A DNA stretch of 64,000 bases from Candidatus Binatia bacterium (GCA_963664395.2 OY761159.2:3456001-3520000), one strand, 5' to 3'. Shown: positions 22,706-33,588, counted from the first letter of the stretch. Notes: generated from the sequence alone by a model not told the origin. Made by a program: numbers and translations.

Positions 22706-23500
22706 ATGACCGATACGGCGTTTGATATTGCAGGCAAAGTGACCGTTGTCACCGGCGGTGGAACCGGCATTGGTGCGGAGATCGCGGCTGAGTTCTGCCG
22801 ACGGGGCGCTCCGGTCATGATTACGAGCCGGACGATGGATCATTTAGGGCCGGTGGCTGAAGGGATACGGAAGAACGGCGGCGAGGTCGAAACTATTGTG
22901 TGTGATGTCCGCAAAAACGATCAGGTTGAGGCCGTTATCAAGAAGACAGTAGAGAAGTGGGGCCAGGTCGATATCTTGATCAATAATGCCGGGGCGAGCT
23001 TTGTTGCCAACGCACACGAGATTTCCGCGAATGGATTCAGCGCCATTGTGGCTATTAATCTGAACGGCACCTTCCTCTTCTCCAAGGCGGCCGCCTTGGT
23101 GATGATGGAAAAGAAGACCGGCGGCAATATTATTAATATTGCGTCTGATGCCGGGGTGTTCGGTTCGGCCACGATGTCCCACTATGGGGCGGCAAAGGCG
23201 GGCATTATCAATCTGACCCGCTCGCTGGCCATTGAATGGGCAGACTATGGCATTCGGGTGAACTGTATCTCGCCCGGTCCGATTGAAACGCCAGGGGTCA
23301 AAGAAGTCCTGTGGCCTACAAAGGAGCTGCAAGATAAGGCAACCGGCTCAACCGCACTGAATCGCTTTGGGACGGGACTCGAAGTGGCGTGGCCCTGTGT
23401 TTTCCTGGCTTCAAAAGCCGGTGGGTATATTAATGGTGTCAACCTCCAAGTCGACGGCTGCATGACACGGGCCGGCATACCCGAGAGTCGGCTCAATTAG
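22706..23500 (+). CDS. SDR family oxidoreductase (2,4-dienoyl-CoA reductase-like)
   Basis: TGGGTGIG, NNAG and YGAAK. Confidence 0.88.
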   Translation: MTDTAFDIAGKVTVVTGGGTGIGAEIAAEFCRRGAPVMITSRTMDHLGPVAEGIRKNGGEVETIVCDVRKNDQVEAVIKKTVEKWGQVDILINNAGASFVANAHEISANGFSAIVAINLNGTFLFSKAAALVMMEKKTGGNIINIASDAGVFGSATMSHYGAAKAGIINLTRSLAIEWADYGIRVNCISPGPIETPGVKEVLWPTKELQDKATGSTALNRFGTGLEVAWPCVFLASKAGGYINGVNLQVDGCMTRAGIPESRLN

Positions 23501-23544
23501 GCTGGATTACACCAGAAACCGGAGTATTGAACGGAGTATTGAAT

Positions 23545-24945
23545 ATGGTCGGTATTGTTTCGTATGGGTCGTATATCCCTTCGTATCGTCTCCCGCGCGA
23601 TGTGATTGCCAAAGAGTGGGATTCTCCGTCGTTAGGCGGGGAGCGGGCGCTGGCGAGTTTTGACGAGGATAGCCTGACCCTGGCAATGAATGCGAGTATT
23701 GACGCCCTGGGAGATCGCAATCCTAAAGATATCGCGGGGATATTTTTTGCCTCAACGACCTCGCCCTACCGAGAGAAGCAGGCCGCCGCCACCGTTGCCA
23801 CCGTCCTGGATACGGGTAAAGAGCTGCGGACCATGGATTTTACAGATTCGCTGCGCGCCGGTACCTCAGCGCTCATAACCGCGTTGGATTTAGCCAAAGC
23901 CGGCGAACTGTTCGTGGTCTGTGCCGGCGACTCGCGCATGGGCGAGCCTGACACGTTGCAGGAACAGAACTACGGGGATGCCGGTGGTGCAGTTGTCATT
24001 GGTACAGAAAACGTGATTGCGGAGTTGGTTGGTACCTACACGGTGAGTGAAGAATTCATAGGGACGTGGCGGACCGAAGAGCAGGACTATCTCAAATCGT
24101 TTCCGGGCGGGTTTGAGAACAAATTTGGCTATAATAGATTTGTTGCAGCCACCGTCCAGGGCATCCTGCAAAAATGTCATCTCGAAGCTAAGGACATTGC
24201 CACCGCGGCTATTGCCGCCCCGACGCAAAAGGCATTGCAGAGCGCATTGCGCAGCCAAGGGCTGGACATGAAGACCCAAGTCCAGGAAACGTTTTGGAAT
24301 ACGATTGGCGACGCCGGAACAGCGCAGCCCTTGGTGCTTTTAGCCGCGGTATTGGAACGAGCTAAGCCCGGCGATCTGATACTCGTTGTCGGTTACGGTG
24401 ATGGGGGTGATGCCGCGATCTTTCGGGCCACGGCTGCGATTGCCGATTTTCAGGTTGTGCGCAGCGTATACTCGCAGATTGAAATCAAGCGGACGCTAAA
24501 ATCGTATGGGAAGTATGCGCGTTTCAGGAAGCTGATGCGTAAAGATTACTCGACAGAAGACGCCTCAACCCCTGTGGTGCTTCTGCGTGATCAAAAACAG
24601 ATCCTGCCGCTCTACGGGGGGAAATGCCCGGCCTGTGGCGTCATCCAGTTTCCCATTCACCGCATCTGTACGGAATGCGGCTATCGTGACGGACTTGAAG
24701 AGGTCAAGCTGTCCCGGCGGGGGACGCTCTTTACCTTTACGAACGATTATCTGACCGAGACGCCCGACCCGCCAACAACGCACGCCGTGGTCGATCTTGA
24801 GGGCGGCGGTCGTGTCTTTGTCCAACTGACGGATTGCGAGGCGGACAGGGTTGAAATCGGCATGCCGCTTGAGTTGACATTCCGGAAATATCATGAAGGC
24901 TACGGGATCAAGAATTATTTTTGGAAGGCCAGACCCGCGGAATAG
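23545..24945 (+). CDS. HMG-CoA-synthase/KASIII-like domain fused to a DUF35 (Zn-ribbon + OB-fold) domain
   Basis: N-terminal YGSYIP..RL, DEDSLT and GDAGGA; C-terminal CPAC...CTEC and an OB-fold ending YFWKA. Confidence 0.8.
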   Translation: MVGIVSYGSYIPSYRLPRDVIAKEWDSPSLGGERALASFDEDSLTLAMNASIDALGDRNPKDIAGIFFASTTSPYREKQAAATVATVLDTGKELRTMDFTDSLRAGTSALITALDLAKAGELFVVCAGDSRMGEPDTLQEQNYGDAGGAVVIGTENVIAELVGTYTVSEEFIGTWRTEEQDYLKSFPGGFENKFGYNRFVAATVQGILQKCHLEAKDIATAAIAAPTQKALQSALRSQGLDMKTQVQETFWNTIGDAGTAQPLVLLAAVLERAKPGDLILVVGYGDGGDAAIFRATAAIADFQVVRSVYSQIEIKRTLKSYGKYARFRKLMRKDYSTEDASTPVVLLRDQKQILPLYGGKCPACGVIQFPIHRICTECGYRDGLEEVKLSRRGTLFTFTNDYLTETPDPPTTHAVVDLEGGGRVFVQLTDCEADRVEIGMPLELTFRKYHEGYGIKNYFWKARPAE

Positions 24946-24993
24946 AAAGTCTGAAAGTCGAAAAGACGGAGCACGTCCTCGAAAGGAGGCAGT

Positions 24994-26139
24994 ATGAACA
25001 TTCGGGATAAGGTGGCAGTGATTGGTGCCGGCTGTAGTAAGTTTGGTGAGAACTACGACAAAAGCGCCGAAGACATGATTGTCGAGGCAGCCCTTGAGGC
25101 ATACAAGGACGCGGGCATTGATCCGAGTCAGATTCAAGCCGCCTGGGTTGGGACGCTCAGCTCGGCCAGTGCCGGAAACGCCTTGGCCGACCCGCTCAAA
25201 CTGTTCAATATTCCGATTACCCGCGTAGAAAACTACTGCGCCTCCGGCATGGATGCGTTCCGTAATGCGTGCATGGCAGTTGCCTCCGGGATGTATGATG
25301 TGGTTTTGGTACTGGGTTTTGAGAAGCTGCGTGACTCCGGTCAGCGCGGTCTGGGGACGTTTGGCTCCCATCCGGTTGTGGGCTATGGCACAACGGCCCC
25401 GTCGCTGTTTGCCATGGCAGCTACCCGCTACTTTGAGACGTATGGCATTGATAAGACCGCCTTGGCCAAAGTCGCAATAAAGAATCATCATAACGGGACG
25501 ATGAGCCCCAAGGCCCACTTTCGGATGGAAGTGTCGGAAGATCAAGTCGTCAATGCTCCCCTGATTTGTAGCCCCTTAGGTCTGCTTGACTGCTGCCCGA
25601 CTACGGACGGTGCGGCGGCGGTGATCATCTGCAAGGAAGCACTCGCCAAGTCTTTCCGACCCGACTCGCTGAAAGTAAAGGGGGTCGGTCTCTCCGTCAC
25701 CTCGGGTGAGCCGTATATGAAACCGAGCTTCGCCTACACCGGCTTTCCGGCCACCGCGCAGGCGGCCCAATCGGCCTATGAGCAAGCTGGCATGACGGCC
25801 AAGGATATGGATCTGGTTGAATGCCATGACTGCTTTACCATCACCGAGATCCTGAATTATGAAGACTTGGGCCTGTGTGAAAAGGGTGAAGGCTGGCGCT
25901 ATGTGGCCGAAGGCCGCGCCGACATTGATGGGGGAGCGGTTCCCGTGAACCCGTCCGGTGGGTTGAAATCGTTTGGCCATCCTATTGGGGCAACTGGCAT
26001 TCGCATGATTTACGAAGTATCTCAGCATTTGTGGGATAAAGCTGGTGATCGACAAGTCAAGGATGCTGAAGTTGGTTTGGCACACAACCTGGGTGGTCCG
26101 GGTTCGGTCGGCTGTGTGACCATTTTGGCGAATAGCTAA
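24994..26139 (+). CDS. Thiolase (acetyl-CoA acetyltransferase, archaeal/SCP2-like type)
   Basis: RVENYCASG, TDGAAA, ECHDCF and GHPIGATG. Confidence 0.88.
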   Translation: MNIRDKVAVIGAGCSKFGENYDKSAEDMIVEAALEAYKDAGIDPSQIQAAWVGTLSSASAGNALADPLKLFNIPITRVENYCASGMDAFRNACMAVASGMYDVVLVLGFEKLRDSGQRGLGTFGSHPVVGYGTTAPSLFAMAATRYFETYGIDKTALAKVAIKNHHNGTMSPKAHFRMEVSEDQVVNAPLICSPLGLLDCCPTTDGAAAVIICKEALAKSFRPDSLKVKGVGLSVTSGEPYMKPSFAYTGFPATAQAAQSAYEQAGMTAKDMDLVECHDCFTITEILNYEDLGLCEKGEGWRYVAEGRADIDGGAVPVNPSGGLKSFGHPIGATGIRMIYEVSQHLWDKAGDRQVKDAEVGLAHNLGGPGSVGCVTILANS

Positions 26140-26158
26140 ATCAAACGTAAACAGTAGG

Positions 26159-26197
26159 GAACGAGGACTGGGAGCCACTCAGTCCTCGTTCTTTTTT
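26159..26197 (+). terminator. Intrinsic terminator after the thiolase gene
   Basis: 12-bp stem GAACGAGGACTG/CAGTCCTCGTTC followed by a T run. Confidence 0.75.
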
Positions 26198-26208
26198 GTG
26201 GGGGCTGC

Positions 26209-27330
26209 ATGGATTTTGGTTTTAGTGAAGAGCAGGGTCTGCTGCGTCAATCAGCCGCAGACTTTTTACGCAACGAGTGTCCCATGTCCTATGTCCGCCA
26301 AATGATGGAGGACGAGCGGGGCTATGCGGATGAGGTGTGGAACAAGATGGCCGAGCTGGGCTGGATGGGGCTGATTGCGCCGGAAGAATACGGTGGCGCC
26401 GGGCTGTCCCTGGTTGATCTGGTCGTTGTGCTGGAAGAGATGGGCAAAGTCCTTCTGCCGGGACCCTTCTTTTCGAGTGTTGCGCTGGGTGGGCTGTGTG
26501 TGCAGGCGGCTGGGAGTGAAGAGCAGAAAAAGACACTGCTGTCCGGTATGGCCTCTGGGCACACCAAGCTGACCGTGGCCCTGCTCGAAGAAAATGCGCG
26601 CTGGGATGAGGCCGGCGTCAACCTCAGCGCGGAGAAGGACGGCAGTGGGTATGTGTTGAATGGGCTGAAATTATTTGTGTCTGATGCCCATGTTGTCGAT
26701 CACATCATCTGTGCCGCGCGAACGTCTGAAGGCGTGACGCTGTTTCTGCTTGACCGTCAACAGGCCGGCCTTGGAACGCGCCTGCTGAAAACCATGGATC
26801 AGACGCGTAGGTTGTGTGAAGTGACCCTGGAAAACGTGCACGTCGGCACTGAAGCTCTGCTGGGAGAGTCCGGACAAGGCTGGGATTTCTTGTCTCGGGT
26901 CATGAATCAGAGCAAAGTGGCCCTGAGCGCCGAAATGTGTGGAGGCGCACAACAGGTGCTGGACATGAGTGTGGAATACGCCAAAGTGCGCGAGCAGTTT
27001 GGTCGCCCGATTGGGTCGTTTCAAGCCATCCAGCATAAATGCGCCGATATGCTGGTGCAGGTCGAGGGGGCAAAGTCGGCCACGTATTACGCCGCCTGGG
27101 CCGTCTCACAGGATACGCCCGATGCAGCGCTTGCCGCTGCCATGGCCAAAGCGTATTGCAGCGATGCCTACCGTAAGGTGACGAGTGAAGGGATACAGGT
27201 CCACGGCGGCATTGGTTTTACCTGGGAGCATGACATGCATCTGTATTTCAAGCGCGCCAAGGGCTCAGAGGTGACCTTTGGCGATGCGACCTGGAATCGT
27301 GAATTAGTGGCGCAGCATACGCTGGATTAG
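26209..27330 (+). CDS. Acyl-CoA dehydrogenase family protein
   Basis: REQFGRPIGSFQAIQH and IQVHGGIGFTWE. Confidence 0.92.
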   Translation: MDFGFSEEQGLLRQSAADFLRNECPMSYVRQMMEDERGYADEVWNKMAELGWMGLIAPEEYGGAGLSLVDLVVVLEEMGKVLLPGPFFSSVALGGLCVQAAGSEEQKKTLLSGMASGHTKLTVALLEENARWDEAGVNLSAEKDGSGYVLNGLKLFVSDAHVVDHIICAARTSEGVTLFLLDRQQAGLGTRLLKTMDQTRRLCEVTLENVHVGTEALLGESGQGWDFLSRVMNQSKVALSAEMCGGAQQVLDMSVEYAKVREQFGRPIGSFQAIQHKCADMLVQVEGAKSATYYAAWAVSQDTPDAALAAAMAKAYCSDAYRKVTSEGIQVHGGIGFTWEHDMHLYFKRAKGSEVTFGDATWNRELVAQHTLD

Positions 27331-27364
27331 GAGCATTTGGCCAACCCTCAGCGACTCACCGGTA

Positions 27365-27562
27365 TCAACTGGAGAACAGGAATTGCAGACAGACCATTCC
27401 CGTTAAGCTCAAAACGAAAAAGAGCAACATTCCGCCTAAGAGCGCCAGCGGCCGGAGCGGCTTGCGCGAGGGAAACCAGCGACGGCCGGCAAGGAGCAAC
27501 CACAGGCTGAAGATCCACACGATGCATAGAACAATACCGATTATGTGAGACACAAGAGGCAT
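27365..27562 (-). CDS. Small hypothetical two-TM membrane protein
   Basis: 65 aa with two hydrophobic segments around a basic loop; fills an intergenic gap. Confidence 0.45.
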   Translation of the reverse strand: MPLVSHIIGIVLCIVWIFSLWLLLAGRRWFPSRKPLRPLALLGGMLLFFVLSLTGMVCLQFLFSS

Positions 27563-27747
27563 GGAGGTGGCAGCATATACCGACAGCGAACGCTACGGCA
27601 ACGAACCTGAAGCGAGACTGAAGTACTGTTGCTGAAAAAGCGCCGGAGCGAATCGGCAGAAGGGCGAACCGAGCGTTCGGACTTGGTGCGATTGCGTTGC
27701 ATTGTGACTGGTTTCATAATATAGATTTCCACTCAGGGAGGTGAAGC

Positions 27748-28335
27748 GTGCAAATCCTCGTTGAAAATATTGTCTCGTCTCCGACCGAAGTACAGTTTCA
27801 TGAGGATGCTCAGACGCTGAATCGATTCCTGAGCCACCGCCCAGGGCGGGATGGGGGCGAATATCAGTTGACGAGTCCATTACAGGTTGGCATGCACTAT
27901 ATGCGTTCCGGTGAAGACCTCTTGTTTTATGGTATGCTGAGTGGTGACCTCGCTGGGCAGTGCGCCCGTTGTCTCGACGAATTTCCGCTGTCGTTGAGTC
28001 GTCCCTTCTCATGTGTGCTGCTGCCTGCCCGTCCGTCAAGTTCTCTCGGCCGCGAAATGGAACTGAACCAAGAAGACTTGGCCGCGAGCTTTTATAGCGG
28101 GGGTAGTGTTGATGTGTCGCTCTTGGTTCGGGAGCAGTTTTTCTTATCACTGCCGAGTCGCCCGCTGTGTCAGGAGACGTGCAAGGGGTTGTGTGAGCAG
28201 TGTGGGGTGAATCTCAACGGTGAGACATGCCCCTGCCGCCCTCTGTGGACAGACCGCCGTCTCGCCGTCCTGGCTCCCTTACGCCTGCCCACGCAGAGGT
28301 CGTCTTCTCAGAAGACAGCAAAAGCCCACTCGTAG
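27748..28335 (+). CDS. yceD: DUF177/YceD family protein
   Basis: CARCL and [18 protein letters not shown]; directly upstream of rpmF. Confidence 0.88.
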   Translation: MQILVENIVSSPTEVQFHEDAQTLNRFLSHRPGRDGGEYQLTSPLQVGMHYMRSGEDLLFYGMLSGDLAGQCARCLDEFPLSLSRPFSCVLLPARPSSSLGREMELNQEDLAASFYSGGSVDVSLLVREQFFLSLPSRPLCQETCKGLCEQCGVNLNGETCPCRPLWTDRRLAVLAPLRLPTQRSSSQKTAKAHS

Positions 28336-28363
28336 TTTGTATTTGTATATTAAGGAAGAAGCT

Positions 28364-28546
28364 ATGGCTGTACCAAAACGTAAAACGTCAAAGTCAAAAC
28401 GTAACCAACGTCGTTCTCACCACGCTCTTGTCGCCCCGCAGTGGTCAACCTGTGCCCAATGCGGAGACCCTGTGCTGCCGCACCGCATCTGTGGGGTCTG
28501 TGGCTATTACCGAGGGCGGCAAGTGATTACAATTGAAGAAGAGTAA
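28364..28546 (+). CDS. rpmF: 50S ribosomal protein L32
   Basis: [19 protein letters not shown] and CAQC...[10 protein letters not shown]. Confidence 0.95.
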   Translation: MAVPKRKTSKSKRNQRRSHHALVAPQWSTCAQCGDPVLPHRICGVCGYYRGRQVITIEEE

Positions 28547-28714
28547 GGTCGTCCGGCTTACGCGTGTGGTGAATCTGATGAAGCCGTATTGCGCGGAGGA
28601 TGTCCAGGCCGCAGCAGCCGTCTGCGGCTACTACGGGCGTGACCTGCCCGGCGCCTCAACTGGATCGCCACCGCCAGCAGGAACTCTGATAAGAACGGCT
28701 GTGAGTGGCCGACT

Positions 28715-29893
28715 ATGTATATCGCGCTAGATGCTATGGGGGGAGATCTTGCTCCCCAGGCCGTTGTGGCAGGGGCCGTCCAAGCCGCCCACGAGTACGG
28801 CGTCTCACTCCTCTTGGTTGGTGATCAAGAAAAGATCCGACAGGAGTTGAGCCGGAACGGGCAGCGAGAGTCCTCTCAGCTTGCCATCCAGCATGCGAGC
28901 GAAGTCATTGAGATGGGAGATTCTCCTGTCGCGGCCCTCCGGCGTAAACGTGACTCATCATTGCGTGTGGCCTTTACCCACGTCAAAGCGGGTAAGGCTG
29001 GCGCTGTCGTGAGTGCGGGGAATTCGGGCGCTGTCCTTGGTCTTGCGGTCACCATGCTGGGCTGCCTGCCCGACGTGGACCGCCCGGCTATTTTGACCGT
29101 TGTTCCGGCCTTAACCGGCCGCACCTGCTTGGTTGACGCCGGGGCCAATGTTGAGTGTAAACCTTTGCACTTGGTGCAATTCGCGATTATGGGCGAAGTC
29201 TACGCCCGAGTCGTGCGTGGCATTGAGAGTCCGAGTGTCGGGGTCCTGAGTAACGGCAAGGAAGAGTCGAAAGGGACAGAAACAACGCGTGCAGCCCACG
29301 CCGTCCTCGAAGGGCTCCCTCTCAACTATATCGGTTATATTGAAGGCCGAGATCTGAATAGCGGCGAGGTCGACGTCGTGGTCACCGACGGATTTACCGG
29401 TAATATAGCGCTCAAGACGATGGAAGGGTTTTATGACTTCACTCAAGGCCAGCTCCGTTCCCTCTTCTCGTCGAGCTGGCGCGGGAACCTCGCCTTCCTG
29501 CTGCTCAAGCGTTCGTTTGCCGATTTGCGGGCACGCATTGATTACGACGAAGTCGGAGGCGCGCCACTGCTGGGAACGGACGGAGTGACCATTATCGCGC
29601 ATGGGTCGTCCTCACCCAAAGCGATCAAGAACGCTATTCGGGTTGCCCACGAATCGCTTCAGCGAGGAGTCAACCAGCACATCATAGAAAGCTTGCACGA
29701 TTTACCAGACACGGAAGCGCTCATCGCTGGGGATGGCCGCAGGCGCAAAATATGGTCGCAACTGCGCCGGAAATTCCGCTATACAAAAGATGCCGGAGAA
29801 GAGTCTGGAGCAACCGTCAAGCCTGACAAGACCGGCTCAGTCAATCAGATCGACACAAGGAATGAGACGGATCCGCCGGGGACTGCCGAATGA
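28715..29893 (+). CDS. plsX: Phosphate acyltransferase
   Basis: IALDAMGGD, SAGNSGA, DAGAN, DGFTGN and HGSS. Confidence 0.95.
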   Translation: MYIALDAMGGDLAPQAVVAGAVQAAHEYGVSLLLVGDQEKIRQELSRNGQRESSQLAIQHASEVIEMGDSPVAALRRKRDSSLRVAFTHVKAGKAGAVVSAGNSGAVLGLAVTMLGCLPDVDRPAILTVVPALTGRTCLVDAGANVECKPLHLVQFAIMGEVYARVVRGIESPSVGVLSNGKEESKGTETTRAAHAVLEGLPLNYIGYIEGRDLNSGEVDVVVTDGFTGNIALKTMEGFYDFTQGQLRSLFSSSWRGNLAFLLLKRSFADLRARIDYDEVGGAPLLGTDGVTIIAHGSSSPKAIKNAIRVAHESLQRGVNQHIIESLHDLPDTEALIAGDGRRRKIWSQLRRKFRYTKDAGEESGATVKPDKTGSVNQIDTRNETDPPGTAE

Positions 29894-30828
29894 GCCGTCC
29901 GCTGGCCTTTCTTTTCCCCGGGCAGGGGTCTCAGACTGTCGGTATGGGCCGGGCCTTGGTTGAGCGGTTCCCTGTGGCGGCTGAAGTGTTTGCCGAGGCT
30001 GATGCAGCACTGGGTTTCTCGTTGTCCAGGCTGTGTTTTGAGGGGCCGGAAGAAGACCTCGCCCTGACCCAAAACACCCAGCCGGCCATCGTCACAACTA
30101 GTGTTGCGGCCTGGCGTGTCTCGGTGCAGGAAGGTGATTTGCAGCCGGCCTGTGTTGCCGGCCATAGTTTGGGCGAGTATGCAGCCTTGGTCGCGGCTGG
30201 CGCGCTCGACTTCGCTGATGCGGTGCGTATCGTGCGAGAGCGTGGTCGCCTGATGCAGACGGCGGTGCCGCGAGGTGTAGGCGCAATGGCGGCACTGTTT
30301 GGCCTGTCTGAGCAGATTGTCGCAGAGGTGTGCGCTGAAGCGGCTCAAGGCGAAGTCGTCTCTCCGGCTAATCTCAATGGTGGCGGGCAAGTTGTGATAG
30401 CCGGTCATGCCGGAGCGGTTCAAAGAGCAGTGGTTGGTGCCAGGGACCGGGGGGCAAAACGAGCAGTCGAGCTTGCGGTCAGCGCGCCTTTCCATTGTGC
30501 GCTCATGGCACCAGCGGCCGAGGGGCTCGCGCGGGTCCTTGACTCGGTCGTCGTTCGCCCGCCGACGGTCGGCGTGATTGCGAATGTCACCGCAGAAGCC
30601 CACCGTGATGCCCGGCAGGTCAAAGACTTGCTGGTACGCCAAGTCACCGCTCCCGTCCGGTGGGAAGAGAGCATGCAGCGGGTGCGGGACCTCGGCTGTG
30701 CGGGGGCAGTGGAACTGGGAGCGGGGCGGGTGCTCAGTGGCTTGTTCAAACGCATTGATCGAAAATTCCGGTGCGTTTCAATCAGCGACCCCGACAGCTT
30801 GGCCATAAGCCTGGAGTCGTTGCACTAA
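29890..30828 (+). CDS. fabD: Malonyl-CoA:ACP transacylase
   Basis: FPGQGSQ, GHSLGEY and VSAPFH. Confidence 0.95.
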   Translation: MSRPLAFLFPGQGSQTVGMGRALVERFPVAAEVFAEADAALGFSLSRLCFEGPEEDLALTQNTQPAIVTTSVAAWRVSVQEGDLQPACVAGHSLGEYAALVAAGALDFADAVRIVRERGRLMQTAVPRGVGAMAALFGLSEQIVAEVCAEAAQGEVVSPANLNGGGQVVIAGHAGAVQRAVVGARDRGAKRAVELAVSAPFHCALMAPAAEGLARVLDSVVVRPPTVGVIANVTAEAHRDARQVKDLLVRQVTAPVRWEESMQRVRDLGCAGAVELGAGRVLSGLFKRIDRKFRCVSISDPDSLAISLESLH

Positions 30829-31595
30829 TGGGTTCAGACGCAGGCGGCTGTGCCTGTTTGGACGGACGCGTCGCCCTTGTGACCGGGGCCTCACGCGGTA
30901 TTGGCCGCGCGGTCGCGGAACGCCTGGCCCGAGACGGTGCGACTGTGGTGATTAACTATGTCCGGAATCAAGCAGCCGCTGAGGACGTGCTCGCCGGTAT
31001 TGAGGCCCAAGAGGGCCGGGCCGAAGTCTGTCAATTCGATATTGCAGACGGGGCTGCAGTCACAACAGCAACGCAAGCTATTCTTGAGCGTTGGGGAAAG
31101 ATCGACATTCTGGTCAATAATGCTGGAATGTCGATTGATACGCTCCTTGTACGGCTCAAGGAAGACGAGTGGGAAACGGTACTCAATACGAATTTGACCG
31201 GTGTCTTTCGTTGTACGAAGGCGGTCACGCGCTCCATGATGAAGCAGCGCTTTGGGCGTATCATTAATATGGCGTCAGTTGTCGCCCAAACGGGTAATGC
31301 TGGACAGGCGGCTTATTCAGCCGCAAAAGCCGGCATCATTGGTTTTACCAAGACGATGGCGAAAGAGCTCGCCTCACGCTCGATTACGGTGAATGCCGTC
31401 GCCCCAGGGTTTATTGAGACCGATATGACAAGGTCCTTGCCAGAAGAGGCAAAAACAGGATATCTGAGCCATATTCCCGCTGGCCGTTGGGGAACGGTCG
31501 AGGAAGTTGCCGACACGGTCGCGTTCTTGGCGAACCCCCGAGCGGGCTATATCACTGGGCAGGTTATTAATGTAAATGGCGGCCTGTATATGTAA
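30828..31595 (+). CDS. fabG: 3-oxoacyl-ACP reductase
   Basis: TGASRGIG, GNAGQAAYSAAKAG and VAPGFIETDMT; fab operon position. Confidence 0.93.
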   Translation: MGSDAGGCACLDGRVALVTGASRGIGRAVAERLARDGATVVINYVRNQAAAEDVLAGIEAQEGRAEVCQFDIADGAAVTTATQAILERWGKIDILVNNAGMSIDTLLVRLKEDEWETVLNTNLTGVFRCTKAVTRSMMKQRFGRIINMASVVAQTGNAGQAAYSAAKAGIIGFTKTMAKELASRSITVNAVAPGFIETDMTRSLPEEAKTGYLSHIPAGRWGTVEEVADTVAFLANPRAGYITGQVINVNGGLYM

Positions 31596-31658
31596 CTGGA
31601 GTTGGTTCGGCCAACTCCTCAGATATCGCCGAGCGAAAAGAGAGAGGAGGTCCCGGCT

Positions 31659-32108
31659 ATGGCAGCAACTTTGACCGAGGCACGCGTCAAGGAACTTATC
31701 TGTGAAGAATTGGGAGCGAGTGAGGAAGAGGTTAAGCTGGCTTCTTCGTCTATCAAACTCCTTACCGAAGAGATTAGCGAAGATGTTCGTTCGCCCGAGA
31801 GACGCGTCAAAGAACTTATCTGTGAGAACTTAGGAGCGAGTGAGGAAGAGGTTAAGCTGGATTCTTCGTTTATCGAAGATCTTGGCGCAGACTCTCTGGA
31901 TATTGTCGAACTCGTGATGGCGCTGGAAGAAGAGTACGATACCGAAATCTCTGACGAACAGGCGGAAAAGATTCGGACGGTCCAGAACGTCATCGATCAT
32001 ATCAATGAACACAAGATCAATGACCCCAAGTTCAATGATAATCTTATCGCCCGCAGTATCAGGCGCTTCATCCAAAAGGAGAAACCCAAGATCGAAAGCC
32101 ACCAATAG
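31659..32108 (+). CDS. acpP: Acyl carrier protein with a duplicated N-terminal segment and a C-terminal extension
   Basis: [22 protein letters not shown]; follows fabG; AGGAGG RBS. Confidence 0.88.
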   Translation: MAATLTEARVKELICEELGASEEEVKLASSSIKLLTEEISEDVRSPERRVKELICENLGASEEEVKLDSSFIEDLGADSLDIVELVMALEEEYDTEISDEQAEKIRTVQNVIDHINEHKINDPKFNDNLIARSIRRFIQKEKPKIESHQ

Positions 32109-32145
32109 CCTGCCGTACACGGGCTCAGGAGTGTCCGGACCGAAA

Positions 32146-32186
32146 GAATCGCAGCGGTCTCTCTTCGGAGCCCTGCGATTTTTCTA
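32146..32186 (+). terminator. Candidate intrinsic terminator after acpP
   Basis: AATCGCAG...CTGCGATT stem followed by a T-rich tract. Confidence 0.5.
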
Positions 32187-32257
32187 TGTCTGTGAGGCGT
32201 GATGAGGGCGGGAACAGTTCGACCCTGAGGGGTGCTGGAGGGATAAGGAGCGCTGGT

Positions 32258-33517
32258 ATGATAAGTGATCTGGCCCATCAAGACCCCGATGTCTACGCCG
32301 CTATTCAAAAGGAGACGCAACGCCAGGAGTACAATCTTGAGCTCATCGCGTCAGAGAATGTGGTGAGTGAGGCTGTGCTGGAGGCGCAGGGGTCGGTACT
32401 CACGAATAAGTATGCAGAAGGCTATCCCCGGAAGCGCTACTACGGTGGCTGCGAGTATGTGGATGTGGTCGAACAGCTCGCCATTGACCGAGCCCAGGCG
32501 TTATTTGGTGCCGAGCATGTCAATGTCCAGCCGCACTCCGGTGCCCAGGCCAATATGGCGGCGTATTTCTCTCAGCTCCAACCAGGAGATACCATCCTGA
32601 GCATGAACCTGTCGCACGGTGGACATCTCACCCACGGCAGTCCGGTCAATTTCTCCGGGAAATTCTTTCGGGTCATACCGTATGGCGTCCGAGAGGATAC
32701 TCAACTCATTGACTACGCTGAGATTGCTGCACTGGCTCGTCAACATCGGCCCAAGATGATTGTGGCTGGACACAGTGCCTATCCACGCCAGATTGACGCT
32801 GCGCCCTTTCGACATATTGCCGATGAGGTAGGGGCCCTGTTGATGGTCGATATGGCCCACTTTGCCGGGCTGGTTGCTGCTGGGCTGCATCCCTCCCCTG
32901 TGCCGTATGCCGATCTTGTGACGACGACGACGCATAAGACGCTTCGAGGACCACGCGGTGGGATGATTCTGTGCCGCCAGGACTTGGCCAAAAGCGTGGA
33001 TTCGTCCGTCTTCCCTGGCAACCAGGGTGGGCCGCTTATGCATGTGATTGCGGCCAAGGCCGTAGCCCTGAAGGAAGCGGCCACGCCAGAGTTTCGCGCC
33101 TATCAGCAGCAGATTATCACCAACGCGAAAGCCCTGGCTGACAGCCTCACGCGGCGTGGGTTTTGCCTTGTCTCGGGCGGCACGGATAACCATCTGATGC
33201 TGCTTGATCTGCGCGAGACCGAGCTGACAGGCAAAGTCGCTCAGGAAACCTTGGATCAGGCTCGGATTACGGTCAATAAAAATGCGGTCCCCTTTGATAC
33301 GCGTACTCCCTTTGTGACAAGTGGGGTTCGTATCGGCACTCCGGCGGTGACGAGTCGGGGTATGAAAGAGGCCGAGATGGATCACATTGCCGCCCTCATT
33401 GCCCGCGCTCTGCAGCGGGTTGGCGATGCGCCGGGATTGGCGGCCATTGGTGAAGAGGTCCGTGCGCTGTGCCAGCAGTTCCCCGTCTATGAACACCGCA
33501 TTGCGCGGGCCGCATAA
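32258..33517 (+). CDS. glyA: Serine hydroxymethyltransferase
   Basis: [28 protein letters not shown] and SGGTDNH. Confidence 0.97.
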   Translation: MISDLAHQDPDVYAAIQKETQRQEYNLELIASENVVSEAVLEAQGSVLTNKYAEGYPRKRYYGGCEYVDVVEQLAIDRAQALFGAEHVNVQPHSGAQANMAAYFSQLQPGDTILSMNLSHGGHLTHGSPVNFSGKFFRVIPYGVREDTQLIDYAEIAALARQHRPKMIVAGHSAYPRQIDAAPFRHIADEVGALLMVDMAHFAGLVAAGLHPSPVPYADLVTTTTHKTLRGPRGGMILCRQDLAKSVDSSVFPGNQGGPLMHVIAAKAVALKEAATPEFRAYQQQIITNAKALADSLTRRGFCLVSGGTDNHLMLLDLRETELTGKVAQETLDQARITVNKNAVPFDTRTPFVTSGVRIGTPAVTSRGMKEAEMDHIAALIARALQRVGDAPGLAAIGEEVRALCQQFPVYEHRIARAA

Positions 33518-33588
33518 GCTGAAACGAGACAAAGAGGAGGGCAGGAGTCGTGCGGTGAGCTCTTGAGCGTCGCTCCCTCCTGCATCAT

